Assembly: GCA_020696385.1 (NCBI GenBank)
Contig: JAEHCQ010000004.1
Coordinates: 1-64,000 of the forward strand
DNA: 64,000 nucleotides
Source: Methanobacteriota archaeon
Lineage (GTDB): Archaea; Thermoplasmatota; Thermoplasmata; SG8-5; JAGLSY01
Reading direction: 5' to 3'
The notes under the pieces: model-generated
Told to the model about the DNA's origin: nothing
The model's database searches: none
Seen by the model: only the letters and a program-made list of their open reading frames with translations
Part shown: in pieces, positions 1 to 9,999 of the stretch
How positions within the stretch are numbered: the stretch's first letter is position 1
Layout: every line of letters starts with the position of its first letter
Position numbers and translations under genes: made by a program

Positions 1-303
1 GAGACAAATACTGGCATATATGAGATCATTAAGAATTTCAAGAAGGTGAGGGCATTTGGCGCCGCGTCCCTGGATATTTGCTCTGTTGCTTCTGGCCAGT
101 CCGATGCTTATTATTACAATATTGATAATCCGAATAAAAGGCTGCGAGTGACCGATGTCGCAGCCTCGATCCTGATACTCCGAGAAGCTGGGGGCCAGAT
201 ATACGACATATCTGGCCACCCCCTCTCAATGAGCCTCGATCTTGATGATCGGAATAATATGATAGCCTTGATGGATGATAGCATCATGGAGGTATTCCTA
301 TGA
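1..303 (+). CDS. Inositol monophosphatase / FBPase family, C-terminal part (truncated by window edge)
   Basis: RAFGAASLDICSVASG and DVAASILILREAGG motifs; ATGA overlap with NAD kinase, a common archaeal pairing. Confidence 0.85.
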   Translation, partial: ETNTGIYEIIKNFKKVRAFGAASLDICSVASGQSDAYYYNIDNPNKRLRVTDVAASILILREAGGQIYDISGHPLSMSLDLDDRNNMIALMDDSIMEVFL

Positions 304-1097
304 AATATGGTCTTGTAGCCAATCCAAATGTTAGAGATGTGATCGATATTGCCAAGAGGACCATGGAGATCCTTGGCCCGGACATCAAAGCATCCGGGGA
401 TCTGGCATCCATTCTGGGCATCGAGGGCTACAATATCAAAGACCTTGATGTCGATATCCTGATAACCATAGGCGGGGATGGGACCATATTGAAAGCATTG
501 CAAATGAATGACGCTCCTATCCTCGGCATCAATGCTGGCCTTGTCGGTTTCCTGGCTTCCGTGGACATAGAGGATCTTGATGAAAAACTCCAGAGGGTGA
601 AAAATGGAGATTACACCATCGAGGAAAGGATACGTATGCAGGTGTCCATAAACGATAAAAGACTTCTGGATTGCACGAATGAAGGTGTTATTCACACTTC
701 CCATATCTCGAAGATGAGAGACTTCGAGATTTTGATAGATGGAGATCAGGCCATGTGCATAAGGGCTGATGGGATCATCGTGTCAACATCCACTGGCTCG
801 ACCTGTTATTCCTTGAGTGTCGGAGGTCCGATAATAGATCCAAAGGCCGAGGCTTTCGTCATCGCGCCCATCGCGCCCTTCAGATTATCCGCCCGACCCA
901 TCGTGGTCCCGGCCAAGAGCCAGATCCAAATAAAACCATTAAAGGGCAAGGATTGTGTCCTGGTGCTGGATGGTCAGGAACAGATAGATGTAGGTCCTGA
1001 TGATAAGGTATGTTTCACCATGTCGGAAAAACCTTCCAGATTCGTCCAGTTCGGTAAAAGTTTCTACCAGAAGGTTTGGGAGAATCTGACGGTCTGA
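300..1097 (+). CDS. nadK: NAD(+)/NADH kinase
   Basis: GGDGT, NE and STGSTCYSLSVGGP motifs. Confidence 0.95.
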   Translation: MKYGLVANPNVRDVIDIAKRTMEILGPDIKASGDLASILGIEGYNIKDLDVDILITIGGDGTILKALQMNDAPILGINAGLVGFLASVDIEDLDEKLQRVKNGDYTIEERIRMQVSINDKRLLDCTNEGVIHTSHISKMRDFEILIDGDQAMCIRADGIIVSTSTGSTCYSLSVGGPIIDPKAEAFVIAPIAPFRLSARPIVVPAKSQIQIKPLKGKDCVLVLDGQEQIDVGPDDKVCFTMSEKPSRFVQFGKSFYQKVWENLTV

Positions 1098-1129
1098 TAT
1101 GTTCGAGATAATTCTGGAGTTAATAGACA

Positions 1130-1507
1130 ATGATAAACAAAAAACCATATGCTGTATTGAGATCCGTCATATCCATGATCATGGCATCGGCCAAGGATAG
1201 TCATCCAAAGGAATTCGCATGCGCCATGAGGGGGAAGGATGGCGTAATAACCGAGCTGATACTTGTTCCTGGAACTATATCCGGTGGCAGTAGTGCGATA
1301 TTGCGCCTTCACATGCTGCCCATTGATTTTTCAATAGTGGGCATCGCGCATTCCCATCCCAGCATGCATCCTCAACCATCTGATGCTGACCTCAATCTAT
1401 TTTCAAGATATGGCTCCACTCACATAATCGCTCATTATCCCTACAAAAAGGATTGTTGGAAGGCCTATAGTAGAAGCGGTAATGAGATCAAGTTGGAAGT
1501 TCTTTAG
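1130..1507 (+). CDS. JAMM/MPN+ (Mov34/MPN/PAD-1) metalloprotease
   Basis: Upstream Glu (PKEF) plus intact HSHP-x5-SxxD motif (HSHPSMHPQPSDAD). Confidence 0.85.
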   Translation: MINKKPYAVLRSVISMIMASAKDSHPKEFACAMRGKDGVITELILVPGTISGGSSAILRLHMLPIDFSIVGIAHSHPSMHPQPSDADLNLFSRYGSTHIIAHYPYKKDCWKAYSRSGNEIKLEVL

Positions 1508-1690
1508 AGTTCTTTAGGATATGATAAGCCGATAGCCTATAATCACTCTCAAAACACCTGTGACATTTAGGAAACGATTATATACATCTATACATATCCA
1601 TGATGTAGTTTGTTATCATAGAAGACAAAATGAGAGAGTTTGCGGTTTGCCGCTTTCCATATTCTATCAACATTTTGGGTGAGTGATTAC

Positions 1691-2332
1691 ATGGATAATG
1701 AAAAAAATAATTTACTGAAGGGGACAACAACAGTTGGCCTCACATGCAAGGATGGAGTAGTTATTGCTACTGAACACAGAGCCACCATGGGTACGCTTAT
1801 TGCGCATAAGAAGACACAGAAACTGTTCAAGATCGATGATAATATCGGCCTTACAGTTGCGGGTCTTGTTGGAGATGCCCAGGTATTGGCCAGGTATCTG
1901 AGGGCCGAGGCAGAGCTTTACAATATGAAGCAGAAGAACCCGATGCCCATTGTTGCAGCTGCAACACTGATGTCAAATATCCTCAATGGGCGCAAGTTCG
2001 CTCCCTACTATGTTCAACTCATTGTAGCTGGCATTGACAGGGATGGATATCATGTATATTCATTGGATGCCGCAGGCGGTTCCATACCAGATGACTATGT
2101 GACGACCGGATCAGGTTCTCCTTATGTCTACGGTGTTCTTGAAGACCATTTCAAGGAAGGAATGACCCTTGATGAAGGTGCGGACCTCGCTATTAGAGCA
2201 TTGCACATGGCGATGAAGAGAGATTCCGCCTCAGGTAATGGTGTCAGCGTCGCTTTGATCTCAAGCAAAGGTTTCAAGGAATTGACCAATGAAGAGATCG
2301 ATAAGAAACTGACAAAAATGAAAATATCTTAA
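1691..2332 (+). CDS. psmB: Proteasome subunit beta
   Basis: Short propeptide then G|TTTVG, GSGS and RDSASG motifs; start moved to ATG 1691 after GAGTGA. Confidence 0.97.
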   Translation: MDNEKNNLLKGTTTVGLTCKDGVVIATEHRATMGTLIAHKKTQKLFKIDDNIGLTVAGLVGDAQVLARYLRAEAELYNMKQKNPMPIVAAATLMSNILNGRKFAPYYVQLIVAGIDRDGYHVYSLDAAGGSIPDDYVTTGSGSPYVYGVLEDHFKEGMTLDEGADLAIRALHMAMKRDSASGNGVSVALISSKGFKELTNEEIDKKLTKMKIS

Positions 2333-2365
2333 TTGAACCATAGATGAAATAGAGTTGTGAATGCC

Positions 2366-4273
2366 ATGTCTGTAGATAAAATTCTGGAAGATGCAGAGAG
2401 GGAGATAAAGAAAATAGTCCCATCCAGTATCAATATCACAAGTATAGATTTCGAGGGCCCTGTCATTGTAATATATACAAAGAACATGGACGAGTTCGCT
2501 GACAATAATGAACTCGTGAGATTACTGGCCCAGGCATTGCGGAGAAGGATCTCCATAAGACCCGATCCTTCTTTGCTAACACACTCTGAAGAATCCGAGA
2601 AAAAAATAAGAGAGATCATCCCGAAAGAAGCGGAAGTCACTGACATCTTCTTCGATGATGATACTGGCGTGGTGACCATCGAGGCTTTATCACCAGGTAT
2701 TGTCATCGGCAAGCATGGAGCCGTGCTCAATGATCTTAAAAAGAAGATCGGCTGGGCTCCCAAGGTCGTTCGTGCTCCTCCAATCCCATCAAAGACAGTG
2801 AATGAAGTACGCAAATATCTGCGCTCGGTCAAGTCCGAGAGGCAGGACTTCCTTCGGAAACATGGTCGTAAGCTTGCCCGGAGCACTAGTTCTGGAGAGA
2901 GCTTTGTTAGAATGACCGCCCTGGGCGGTTACAGGGAAGTTGGACGAAGTGCCAGCCTGCTCATGACGAAGGACAGCAAGATATTGATCGATTGCGGTGT
3001 CATGCCTTCAGGAGATGGCGCACACCCCTTCCTTAATGCTCCCGAAATGCAGCCGTTGGATGCCCTGGATGCGGTTGTCATCACCCACGCTCACCTTGAT
3101 CATTCCGGTCTTCTGCCAGCTCTTTACAAATATGGCTACGAGGGCCCGGTCTACTGCACGGCACCGACCAGAGATCTGATGTCCCTTCTTTTGATAGATT
3201 TCATCAAAGTTTCTTTCGGAGAGGCTAGGAAAGCCCCCTATGACTCCACTCATGTTAGAGAAATGGTCAAACGCTGTATAACCCTGAAATACGGTGAAAC
3301 TACAGATATTTCACCGGATGTCCGCCTCACCTTCCAGAATGCGGGTCACATCCTTGGATCCGCGACCAGTCATTTCCACATAGGGGATGGATTGTATAAT
3401 ATCGCGTTTACCGGCGATATCAAATTCGAGAAATCATGGCTCTTCAATGCGGCCGTGAATCGCTTCCCAAGACTCGAAGCGATAATCATGGAATCCACAT
3501 ATGGAGGATACCACGATCTTCAGCCCAGTCGCCATGACGCATCTAGCCAGCTGAAAGAGGTTCTGAAAAGGACCTTGAAAAGAGAGGGCAAGGTCATAGT
3601 TCCTGTTTTCGCCGTTGGGCGTTCTCAAGAGGTCATGCTGGTTATGGAGGATCTCATGCGTAATGAGCAGATTCCCACCGTCCCGATCTATCTGGATGGT
3701 ATGATATGGGAAGCGACTGCCATTCACACTGCCTATCCGGAATTCCTGAACAGTTCCCTGAGGACTCAGATATTCCAACAGGGCGAGAATCCTTTCCTTT
3801 CACCAATTTTCAAGAGAGTGGATAGCCACGAGATGAGACATCGTATCTGCGATGATCCAGAGCCTTGCATCGTCCTCGCGACCGCGGGTATGATGAATGG
3901 CGGGCCAGTCCTGGAATATTTCAAGGCCTGGGCACCCCACCCCAAGAATACCATTGTATTTGTCGGTTATCAGGCAGAAGGCACTATCGGAAGAAGAATT
4001 CAGAAGGGCTGGAAGCAGATCATGCTCAATGAGAGAGGCGGTGGAATAACTGTCGATGTGAAGCTTAACATCGAAATTATCGATGGTTTCTCCGGTCACT
4101 CGGACAGGATGCAGCTACTGAATTACATCGACGGGCTTGACCCACGACCTGAGAAGATACTTATCGGCCACGGAGAAGAGTACAAGTGCTCGGATCTGGC
4201 TAGCAGTCTTTATAGGAAGTTCGGGTTCGAGACTCGAGCTCCTATGAATCTGGAAACTATAAGGCTGAAGTGA
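2366..4273 (+). CDS. fttA: Beta-CASP ribonuclease aCPSF1 / transcription termination factor FttA
   Basis: N-terminal KH domains (IGKHG), HAHLDH, AGHILGS, FSGHSD; directly downstream of psmB as is conserved in archaea. Confidence 0.96.
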   Translation: MSVDKILEDAEREIKKIVPSSINITSIDFEGPVIVIYTKNMDEFADNNELVRLLAQALRRRISIRPDPSLLTHSEESEKKIREIIPKEAEVTDIFFDDDTGVVTIEALSPGIVIGKHGAVLNDLKKKIGWAPKVVRAPPIPSKTVNEVRKYLRSVKSERQDFLRKHGRKLARSTSSGESFVRMTALGGYREVGRSASLLMTKDSKILIDCGVMPSGDGAHPFLNAPEMQPLDALDAVVITHAHLDHSGLLPALYKYGYEGPVYCTAPTRDLMSLLLIDFIKVSFGEARKAPYDSTHVREMVKRCITLKYGETTDISPDVRLTFQNAGHILGSATSHFHIGDGLYNIAFTGDIKFEKSWLFNAAVNRFPRLEAIIMESTYGGYHDLQPSRHDASSQLKEVLKRTLKREGKVIVPVFAVGRSQEVMLVMEDLMRNEQIPTVPIYLDGMIWEATAIHTAYPEFLNSSLRTQIFQQGENPFLSPIFKRVDSHEMRHRICDDPEPCIVLATAGMMNGGPVLEYFKAWAPHPKNTIVFVGYQAEGTIGRRIQKGWKQIMLNERGGGITVDVKLNIEIIDGFSGHSDRMQLLNYIDGLDPRPEKILIGHGEEYKCSDLASSLYRKFGFETRAPMNLETIRLK

Positions 4274-4290
4274 TTGCTTTATTGATGGTT

Positions 4291-4758
4291 TTAGATTTCG
4301 GTCGAGTTTTCCTCGGATGAGCTTGAGATTAGCTCTATTTTTAGATGAATCCATGATGAAAGGATAAATCCAGATATTGGCAATAAGAAAATAAATATAG
4401 GTAATAAAAATCCAGATGACATAGATCTTAATAAAAACATGATGGAAAAAAATCCGCCAATCGCAAATATTAGAAAGCCTCCAATATATCGTTCAGTGAT
4501 GATTAATAAACTACCCAGTATCAATAAACCACCGGGTAAAATACTGAAAAAAACGAAGTTAATATAATCTAATGAATGGGTAGATGGGAGCCAAGTTGAT
4601 CCATATATAATTATCAATATTGCTCCCAATATGTTAATTAGCTGAATTAATTTCAATCTATTTTTTTCCCTTTCGATTTTTATAATTCTTTTTAATGGAT
4701 TCTTTAATGATTTTGTATCTGGTTCTTCCCCAAGTGTGTTGTTTTCTATGTGTATCAC
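4291..4758 (-). CDS. Hypothetical membrane protein, about 4 TM helices, AT-rich
   Basis: 155-aa ORF with four hydrophobic segments filling the gap between aCPSF1 and priL. Confidence 0.6.
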   Translation of the reverse strand: MIHIENNTLGEEPDTKSLKNPLKRIIKIEREKNRLKLIQLINILGAILIIIYGSTWLPSTHSLDYINFVFFSILPGGLLILGSLLIITERYIGGFLIFAIGGFFSIMFLLRSMSSGFLLPIFIFLLPISGFILSSWIHLKIELISSSSEENSTEI

Positions 4759-4933
4759 CCTTCACTCTCAGTTCCCTAAACACCAAACGCATATATATTT
4801 CTTGATTAAGGTTTGATTATCCCACCCCAAATGTTTGGATATCCCCCCACCCTGCTCCTCCTCTGGGCATACCCGTCCCCCCTATGCCCTGCTCGGAGCA
4901 AGTATTTTATCATCCGAGGGTCTTCATACATGC

Positions 4934-6211
4934 ATGGAGCCCAGGACACTTGCTTTATTCCCATTTTTACCAGAGGTATCAGCATACCTAAAGCAGAGTG
5001 GAGTAACCCTGGATTCAATTATTTCCGAACCCGCATACGAGAGAGCCAGGGATCTGGGTAGCAAGAGGATCATGGAAGCCTTTCTTGACAAGGAGATAAA
5101 GGAAAACCCCATGGTGTCCGAGGTGGACCATCTTTTTGAAATGCTGTCGTACATCGTGGCCAGGATGATCGTGTCCTCCACTGGTGACGAGATGTTGATC
5201 ATCCATTATTCCCAGGCAGAGGCCCTGAGCATGAGCAACCGTTTGCTGGACCAGGACATGGACTTCGTTCATGAGGTCGCCAGTTCTCTGGATATCAATG
5301 TATCGCTAGAATCTGCTGACAATATGAGAATTCATTTCACGGATTATTTGAGATTAAGTTCGCCAATGAGATCGAAGGAATGGGCACTCATCGATCAGGA
5401 ACTGGATGCTGGATTCCTACTGCTGGACAAGAAGAAGATATGCAGGCTGATGCAGCAGGCTTTGAAGGATAAGATAAGTAGTGAATTGCCACTGCCAGTG
5501 AATGACGAGATAATTGAAACCTTCAGGCCGACCATCGAGAATGTGAAGATCGAGATCGAAAAGAAAAAGGAAGAATTCAAGAAGGAAGGCTTTGGAAGGA
5601 TAAGTTTCATCAGACTGCCTCCCTGCATGAAGATCATGCTCAATGCCCTGAAGGATGGGAAGAACCTGCCGCATGTGGGAAGATTCGCACTCACGGCCTT
5701 TCTGAACACCATCGGGATGGACACTGAGGGGATACTGGCCCTGTATGCCACCTCCCCGGATTTCAATGTCAACCTGGCAAGATATCAGGTCGAGCACATC
5801 ACTGGAAGCTCATCGGGTATCGAGTATCTGCCTCAAAGCTGTCACACCATGGTGTCCCAGGGAATATGCTTTGAACCTGACAGCCTGTGCAATAAGGACT
5901 GGATGACACATCCTCTTTCATATTACAAGATAAAAGGCAAGCCCAGGGATAAGGACAAGGATAAGTCCAAAAATACTGGCAATCCCAAGGGTGCTGGCAA
6001 TCCCAAGGGTGCTGGCAATCCCAAGGGTGCTGACAATCCCAAGGGTGCTGACAATCCCAAGGGTGCTGACAATCCCAAGGGTGCTGACAATCCCAAGGGT
6101 GCTGGCAATCCCAAGGGTGCTGACAATCCCAAGGGTGCTGGCAAGGATAAGAAGGATGAAGATGGGGAAAGCCAGCAAGATGAAAAAGATCAGATTTCTG
6201 AGAAGGATTAA
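4934..6211 (+). CDS. priL: DNA primase large subunit with repetitive C-terminal tail
   Basis: LPPCM, NLPHVGRFALTAFL, PDFN..ARYQVEHI and SC..M..GIC..C Fe-S ligands; start moved to ATG 4934. Confidence 0.93.
   Translation: MEPRTLALFPFLPEVSAYLKQSGVTLDSIISEPAYERARDLGSKRIMEAFLDKEIKENPMVSEVDHLFEMLSYIVARMIVSSTGDEMLIIHYSQAEALSMSNRLLDQDMDFVHEVASSLDINVSLESADNMRIHFTDYLRLSSPMRSKEWALIDQELDAGFLLLDKKKICRLMQQALKDKISSELPLPVNDEIIETFRPTIENVKIEIEKKKEEFKKEGFGRISFIRLPPCMKIMLNALKDGKNLPHVGRFALTAFLNTIGMDTEGILALYATSPDFNVNLARYQVEHITGSSSGIEYLPQSCHTMVSQGICFEPDSLCNKDWMTHPLSYYKIKGKPRDKDKDKSKNTGNPKGAGNPKGAGNPKGADNPKGADNPKGADNPKGADNPKGAGNPKGADNPKGAGKDKKDEDGESQQDEKDQISEKD
5978..6139 (+). repeat. Nine tandem 18-bp units G(G/A)CAATCCCAAGGGTGCT encoding (G/D)NPKGA inside priL
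   Basis: Directly visible; only position 2 of the unit varies. Confidence 0.98.
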
Positions 6212-6885
6212 ACGTCCTTCTCAGTCAGACCTTGCCATGTTTTAACCCCTCTCTGGATAGCTGTAAAGTTACCAGCAATACCGAACCATATCATCATTAT
6301 ATCGAACAGTGTGAGGTCTATATTGGAGATCGATACCAGGGTGGGCCCATCGAAGTATTGGATGTGGATGAAGAGTAAAATGGGGAACAGGAATAACATG
6401 GCCAGTCGGTCAGCTCTTCCCAATATGCCTCCATAGTCTCTCTTGACTCCCAGTGCCTGCGCCTGTGTGCCCATGTAGCTGGTCATGAAGACTCCGACGA
6501 GGGCGAACAATCCGATGTAGAAATTCGTGTACCCGGATACGATTATCCCGCCAAGGATGAAGATATCCGCATAGCGATCAAAGACATGATCTATGAAATC
6601 TCCTTTCACGGATGCCTTTCCGGTCATCTTGGCCACCATGCCGTCTATCATGTCGAATAATCCGTTCAGGATTATCAGGAGTGATGTTATCAAAAGAAGA
6701 TAGATCGACCAATCTTCAGAATAGTAGAGGAAATTACCTGGATCGCCCATATAGAGGGTGATAAAACTCAGGATGGCGAAGATGATGGCAATGACACTGA
6801 TGGTATTCGGCTCTATCTTCAAAAATGGTTTTACCAGGGGCTTGACCATGGCAGTTCCCCTGTCTCTCTGTTTATCTAATACCAT
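6208..6885 (-). CDS. CDP-alcohol phosphatidyltransferase (archaetidylinositol phosphate synthase-like)
   Basis: DxxDGxxA...GxxxDxxxDRYAD signature, several TM helices. Confidence 0.9.
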   Translation of the reverse strand: MVLDKQRDRGTAMVKPLVKPFLKIEPNTISVIAIIFAILSFITLYMGDPGNFLYYSEDWSIYLLLITSLLIILNGLFDMIDGMVAKMTGKASVKGDFIDHVFDRYADIFILGGIIVSGYTNFYIGLFALVGVFMTSYMGTQAQALGVKRDYGGILGRADRLAMLFLFPILLFIHIQYFDGPTLVSISNIDLTLFDIMMIWFGIAGNFTAIQRGVKTWQGLTEKDV

Positions 6886-7391
6886 TCCATGATCACCTTA
6901 CTCCAATCAATCTTTCCTGGTTCATATCCCTCGTCCTTACCTGAAATGATGTCAATGATCATCTCAGCCACTCTTTCCGGTGATATGTCAGTATTGTCTA
7001 TCTCATAAACCTTTTCATTGAGCTCGACAGACTCCACCAGGACAAGGTCAATGGCCTCGGCCTCCACATTGTCGCGTATCTTCTGCTCTGGATAATCCCT
7101 CTCCCTCAGCCTTTTTTCCAGAATTATGGGATTGCATCTCAATACGATGCAGATATCTGGATTGAGATAATGTGAAAGATGTCCGTCCAGTATGACAGTC
7201 CTCTCGGTCTTTTCCATCTTGGAGGCAAGTAGATCGACATCCACCTCCCGCAATTCCTTTCCGGAGATCGCCCAATGCTGTGTGGCCAGTTCCTCCACGC
7301 TAACGATCTCATATCCGCGTCCCTGGAAGATGGGTTGAGAAAGCACGCTGGTCTTTCCAGCCCCAGGAGTACCGGTTATCGCGATGATCAT
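6876..7391 (-). CDS. Adenylate kinase, AK6/Fap7 family
   Basis: ITGTPGAGKT, DGHLSH, LRCNP..L..RL..R.Y...KI..N..AE. Confidence 0.9.
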   Translation of the reverse strand: MIIAITGTPGAGKTSVLSQPIFQGRGYEIVSVEELATQHWAISGKELREVDVDLLASKMEKTERTVILDGHLSHYLNPDICIVLRCNPIILEKRLRERDYPEQKIRDNVEAEAIDLVLVESVELNEKVYEIDNTDISPERVAEMIIDIISGKDEGYEPGKIDWSKVIMEWY

Positions 7392-7512
7392 CACCCCCTC
7401 ATGGTTTAGGGGTGATAAAAACATTTCACATGAAATTTGATGCTATTGACAACTAAACTAGTGCTTGTCTAGCAATCAAAAGACTTTTAATATCCAATAC
7501 AATGGGCTATTT

Positions 7513-8658
7513 ATGGCGGACCGGCCAAAACACGTATTGATGTTACTGACAAATCCCTTCAGGCCAGACCCCAGGGTTCACAAAGAAGCTAGGTCCCTGA
7601 TAGAAGCAGGATACAAGGTATCGATCATAGCCTGGGATAGGGATATGACATCCCCGGAGGAAGAGATGGTCGATGGCATTAGTATAAAGAGATTTGGACC
7701 CGAATCTGGCTATGATTCATTCTTTGATCATCTGATAAATCTTCCCAGGTTCTGGAAGAGGGCTAGATCCCATGCCAAGAAAATGAATATCGATATAGTT
7801 CATGCTCATGACCTGGATACCCTGTTGCCAGGGGTCAAGATAAGCCGGCGAAAGAAGATACCACTTGTGTATGATGCCCATGAGAGCTATTCCAGGATGA
7901 TATCTGGCACATCCCCGTCCATGTGGATAATCAAACTTATAGATAGAGTAGAGCGCTGGCTGTCATCCAAGGCAGATATCATCATAACCGTGAATGACAG
8001 ACTGCGGAAGATGTTGGAGCCATCGGGAAAAAAGCCCATTGTCGTCATGAATTGCCCACTCCTTCCAGAGGCTGGTGAAACCAATAGACTGGATATCAGA
8101 AACGAATTGGGTATCGAAGACCAATTCGTCATGATCTATATCGGAGTTCTGGAGAAGGATCGGTTCTTACTGGAATCTATCGAAGCCATGAAAAAGAGCG
8201 AGGACAAGGATATCTTGCTCCTGATAGGAGGCTACGGAACTCTGGAAGATGAAATTAAAAAGAACTCCGAAGGTATGGCCAATGTCAAGTTCCTTGGCCG
8301 CATCCCCTCTGATAAAGTGATGCCATACACGGCGGCATCTGACATGGTTCTGTGCATGTTCAATCCCGGGGATCTTAACAATCAGATAGGCACTCCTAAT
8401 AAATTATTCGAGGCCATGGCCAATGGAAAGCCGATAATTGTCACAAAGGGAATATTGAGTGGTGATATCGCCACTCAAGAGAAGGTCGGCCTCGCAGTTG
8501 GCTATTCTGAAGAAGATTTTTTGAAAGGTGTGGACAGGATATCCAATGACAAAGATATCCTTTCTCAAATGCAGGCCAATGGAAGGCAAGCAGCGGAGAT
8601 AAAGTACAATTGGAAGGAGATGTCGAATAGATTGATCGAAGCCTATTCGAAGCTTTGA
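7513..8658 (+). CDS. Glycosyltransferase family 4
   Basis: DPRV.KEA, HAHDLDTL, YDAHE, PNKLFEAMA.GKP. Confidence 0.92.
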   Translation: MADRPKHVLMLLTNPFRPDPRVHKEARSLIEAGYKVSIIAWDRDMTSPEEEMVDGISIKRFGPESGYDSFFDHLINLPRFWKRARSHAKKMNIDIVHAHDLDTLLPGVKISRRKKIPLVYDAHESYSRMISGTSPSMWIIKLIDRVERWLSSKADIIITVNDRLRKMLEPSGKKPIVVMNCPLLPEAGETNRLDIRNELGIEDQFVMIYIGVLEKDRFLLESIEAMKKSEDKDILLLIGGYGTLEDEIKKNSEGMANVKFLGRIPSDKVMPYTAASDMVLCMFNPGDLNNQIGTPNKLFEAMANGKPIIVTKGILSGDIATQEKVGLAVGYSEEDFLKGVDRISNDKDILSQMQANGRQAAEIKYNWKEMSNRLIEAYSKL

Positions 8659-9908
8659 GCTCCCTTTCCCAGTATCATGATCACAAAACCAGAGTCCGCC
8701 CACTTATCATGATCGAGACAATTTCTGGTATCCAGCACCTTCTTCTTCTTCATGCTCACTCCGATTGTAGAAGGATCCAGATCCTTGAAGACAGTATGGT
8801 CTGTGGCTATGATGATACATTCGGAATCCCTGACGGCATCCTCCAGGTTCTGGCCGGGGTATTTATCCCCAACTATCGGATCGTACACGGCCACATCATA
8901 TCCAGCCTTACCAGCCAGGTCGATGATCTCTAAAGAAGGACTTTCCCGCGCATCCTCGATATCGTTTTTGTAAGCGACTCCGAAGATGGTGATCTTAGTA
9001 TTGTCTGCTGGACCCACTAGGTTCCTGATAAGGCTCACGACATGCTCTGGCATCCGATTGTTTATGGTCCTGGATGCTTCGATCATCTCGGTGCCGTTCC
9101 CTCCGTCCTGGATCAGGAAATAAGGATCCACAGCGATGCAGTGGCCACCGACCCCTGGCCCTGGATTCAATATATTGACACGAGGATGTTTATTGGCCAA
9201 TTCGATGGCTTCCCATACATTGATCCCCCATCGTTCAGCCAGTACGGCTAGCTGATTGGCAAGGGCAATGTTCGTATCTCTGAATGTATTCTCTATGAGC
9301 TTCACGAACTCGGCTGTCGTGGCATCGGTGATGAATAATGTACCAGTACAGAATGAAGCATAGATCTCCTTGGCAGCCAGGCCTGAAGCCTTATCTATGC
9401 CTCCGATGATCCTGTCATTTTCAACCAGTTCTTTGACGATCTTACCAGGCATCACCCTCTCTGGGCAGAAGGCGACCAATATGTCTTCACCGATTGCGAA
9501 TCCAGCATCCTTTATTGCCCCGCAAACGACCTCCCGGGTGGTTGCTGGGGGAGAAGTGGATTCAAGAATTACCAGATCACCCTTTTTCAAATGTGGCACA
9601 AGGCTGGCGCAGGCATTTTCAATATAGCTAAGATCTGCCTTCTTATCAGCTTTGAAGGGAGTGGGGACGCAGATGATGAAAACATCTGCTGGCACTGGGG
9701 TTTCGGAGACACTCAATCTGCCACTGCTTCTGGCCTTCTCCAACAGGTCCTGAAGTTTTGGCTCTTCAGAATAAGGGTTTCCTTCTATCAAATTCCTTCT
9801 GGCATTTTCATTGATATCCATGCCAATGATCTCATGACCGCTTGTCGCCAAGATTGCGGCAGTTGGCAATCCGATGTAGCCCAGTCCGATTATGCATATC
9901 TTCTTCAT
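8643..9908 (-). CDS. wecC: Nucleotide-sugar dehydrogenase (UDP-ManNAc dehydrogenase-like)
   Basis: GLGYIGLP, CVPTP, PERVMPG, PGPGVGGHCIAVDPYF; divergent from wecB; start moved to ATG 9908. Confidence 0.85.
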   Translation of the reverse strand: MKKICIIGLGYIGLPTAAILATSGHEIIGMDINENARRNLIEGNPYSEEPKLQDLLEKARSSGRLSVSETPVPADVFIICVPTPFKADKKADLSYIENACASLVPHLKKGDLVILESTSPPATTREVVCGAIKDAGFAIGEDILVAFCPERVMPGKIVKELVENDRIIGGIDKASGLAAKEIYASFCTGTLFITDATTAEFVKLIENTFRDTNIALANQLAVLAERWGINVWEAIELANKHPRVNILNPGPGVGGHCIAVDPYFLIQDGGNGTEMIEASRTINNRMPEHVVSLIRNLVGPADNTKITIFGVAYKNDIEDARESPSLEIIDLAGKAGYDVAVYDPIVGDKYPGQNLEDAVRDSECIIIATDHTVFKDLDPSTIGVSMKKKKVLDTRNCLDHDKWADSGFVIMILGKGAQSFE

Positions 9909-9999
9909 GGTGAATGCAGAAAACAGGAAGCCATATATAACTTTGATTGAGCACTTGAAGATAAAAAAGATTATGTATGCAGTTATGTTACGATGACCA

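Noticed and set aside
5918-6245. Repeat ORFs (LGIVST)n, (PLGLSA)n and (IPRVLT)n
   Set aside because: Alternative frames of the stop-free 18-bp repeat within priL.
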